DNA from: Gammaproteobacteria bacterium
GTDB taxonomy: Bacteria > Pseudomonadota > Gammaproteobacteria > Steroidobacterales > Woeseiaceae
NCBI GenBank assembly: GCA_030425905.1
Contig: JAUHZT010000001.1
Location: 17,572 to 81,571 of the forward strand
Length of the DNA: 64,000 nucleotides
Direction: 5' to 3'
Part shown: one piece after another, positions 63,601 through 64,000 of the stretch
Numbering within the stretch: the stretch's first letter is position 1
How the letters are laid out: every line of letters starts with the position of its first letter
The notes under the pieces: generated by a model
Seen by the model: the letters and a program-made list of their open reading frames with translations, nothing else
What the model was told of the DNA's origin: nothing
Databases searched by the model: none
Position numbers and translations under genes: made by a program

Positions 63601-64000
63601 GTGGCGGCGGGCCTCCCGGCGCATGATCTATTGCCGGCCGGTGGCGACGCAGGCTGAATACCAACAGCCACAATCCACTTAGAGCTGTTAACAGGCCAAT
63701 GGCGGATGCGACTCTCAACAGATTGTTGTTAACATCGGAACGATTCTCGTAGTCCATGATATGCAACATCCAGAGAAAGTCGAAGCCTCGCCAGAATGTG
63801 TGGCGTCGCGTGATCAACTCACCGGTGCTGGGCGACAGATAAAACGTCGTACGGATATTATCGTCGAAGGAAACTTGCCAGAGAGGTAATGGTCGGGTTT
63901 GAATTTCAGTAGGACTCGGGTCATCTACCGTCAACAAGCGAACGCCGTTCACAGATCCACTGCCCGCATAGTAATGTTCGGCCAGGCGAATAACGTGGGT
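63563..64000 (-). CDS. PepSY-associated TM protein, C-terminal part (5' end beyond the window)
   Basis: The frame stays open to position 64000 (upstream residues ...AEHYYAGSGS). FLWMLHIMDYENRSD plus a final TM segment. Paralogous to the N-terminus of the next gene. Confidence 0.7.
   Translation of the reverse strand, partial: THVIRLAEHYYAGSGSVNGVRLLTVDDPSPTEIQTRPLPLWQVSFDDNIRTTFYLSPSTGELITRRHTFWRGFDFLWMLHIMDYENRSDVNNNLLRVASAIGLLTALSGLWLLVFSLRRHRPAIDHAPGGPPPHGSFDDSAPKTT

Noticed and set aside
1-64000. Search by eye for CRISPR arrays, rRNA, tRNA genes and att-type repeats at island borders
   Set aside because: I saw no regularly spaced short repeats, no rRNA-like or cloverleaf-compatible segments, and no matching border repeats. 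A tRNAscan/Infernal and repeat-finder run would be needed to make this absence firm.

Overview
High-GC proteobacterial DNA in which almost every convincing gene is on the minus strand.

(1) 1-30.6 kb is the conjugation (type IV secretion) and maintenance backbone of an integrative conjugative element (ICE) of the PFGI-1/pKLC102/ICEclc type. It carries a TraC-like ATPase, a TraD coupling protein, the run of small PFL_47xx-type membrane and periplasmic proteins, a PilL-like protein, an SLT transglycosylase, ParB-like and ParM-like proteins, RadC and a DUF3577-like protein. No relaxase, terminal integrase, tRNA or att site is visible, so the element ends lie outside the window or are eroded. Cargo interrupts the backbone at four places:
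- an AT-richer three-gene secreted-protein cassette bracketed by a diverged ~324-bp duplication (1-4746);
- a Doc/AbrB-type toxin-antitoxin pair;
- a merR-merT-merP module with no merA;
- an internal tyrosine recombinase followed by an ORF-poor stretch holding a 36-bp perfect palindrome.

(2) 31.8-59.0 kb is a ~27-kb co-directional heavy-metal island. It contains:
- two paralogous czcCBA-type RND operons, each ending in a small P-II-like gene;
- two P1B-type ATPases without classical CxxC domains, one of them frameshifted;
- an ArsR/SmtB regulator and two DUF411-like proteins;
- a short CDF transporter coupled to a SAM methyltransferase;
- a cueR-copA unit and an APC permease;
- an unexplained trio of lipoprotein, membrane-anchored AlbA_2 protein and lipoprotein.

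(3) 59.2-64 kb holds hutU, hutC and a PepSY/reductase pair with visibly lower GC, probably host chromosome.

No rRNA, tRNA or CRISPR array was seen. The best candidates for something undescribed are the lipoprotein / TM-AlbA_2 / lipoprotein module (46587-48341), the secreted three-gene cassette (647-3724), and the reductase-less mer module with two Cys-motif proteins (13536-15472). All family names come from reading the translations and from remembered gene order, not from any search.
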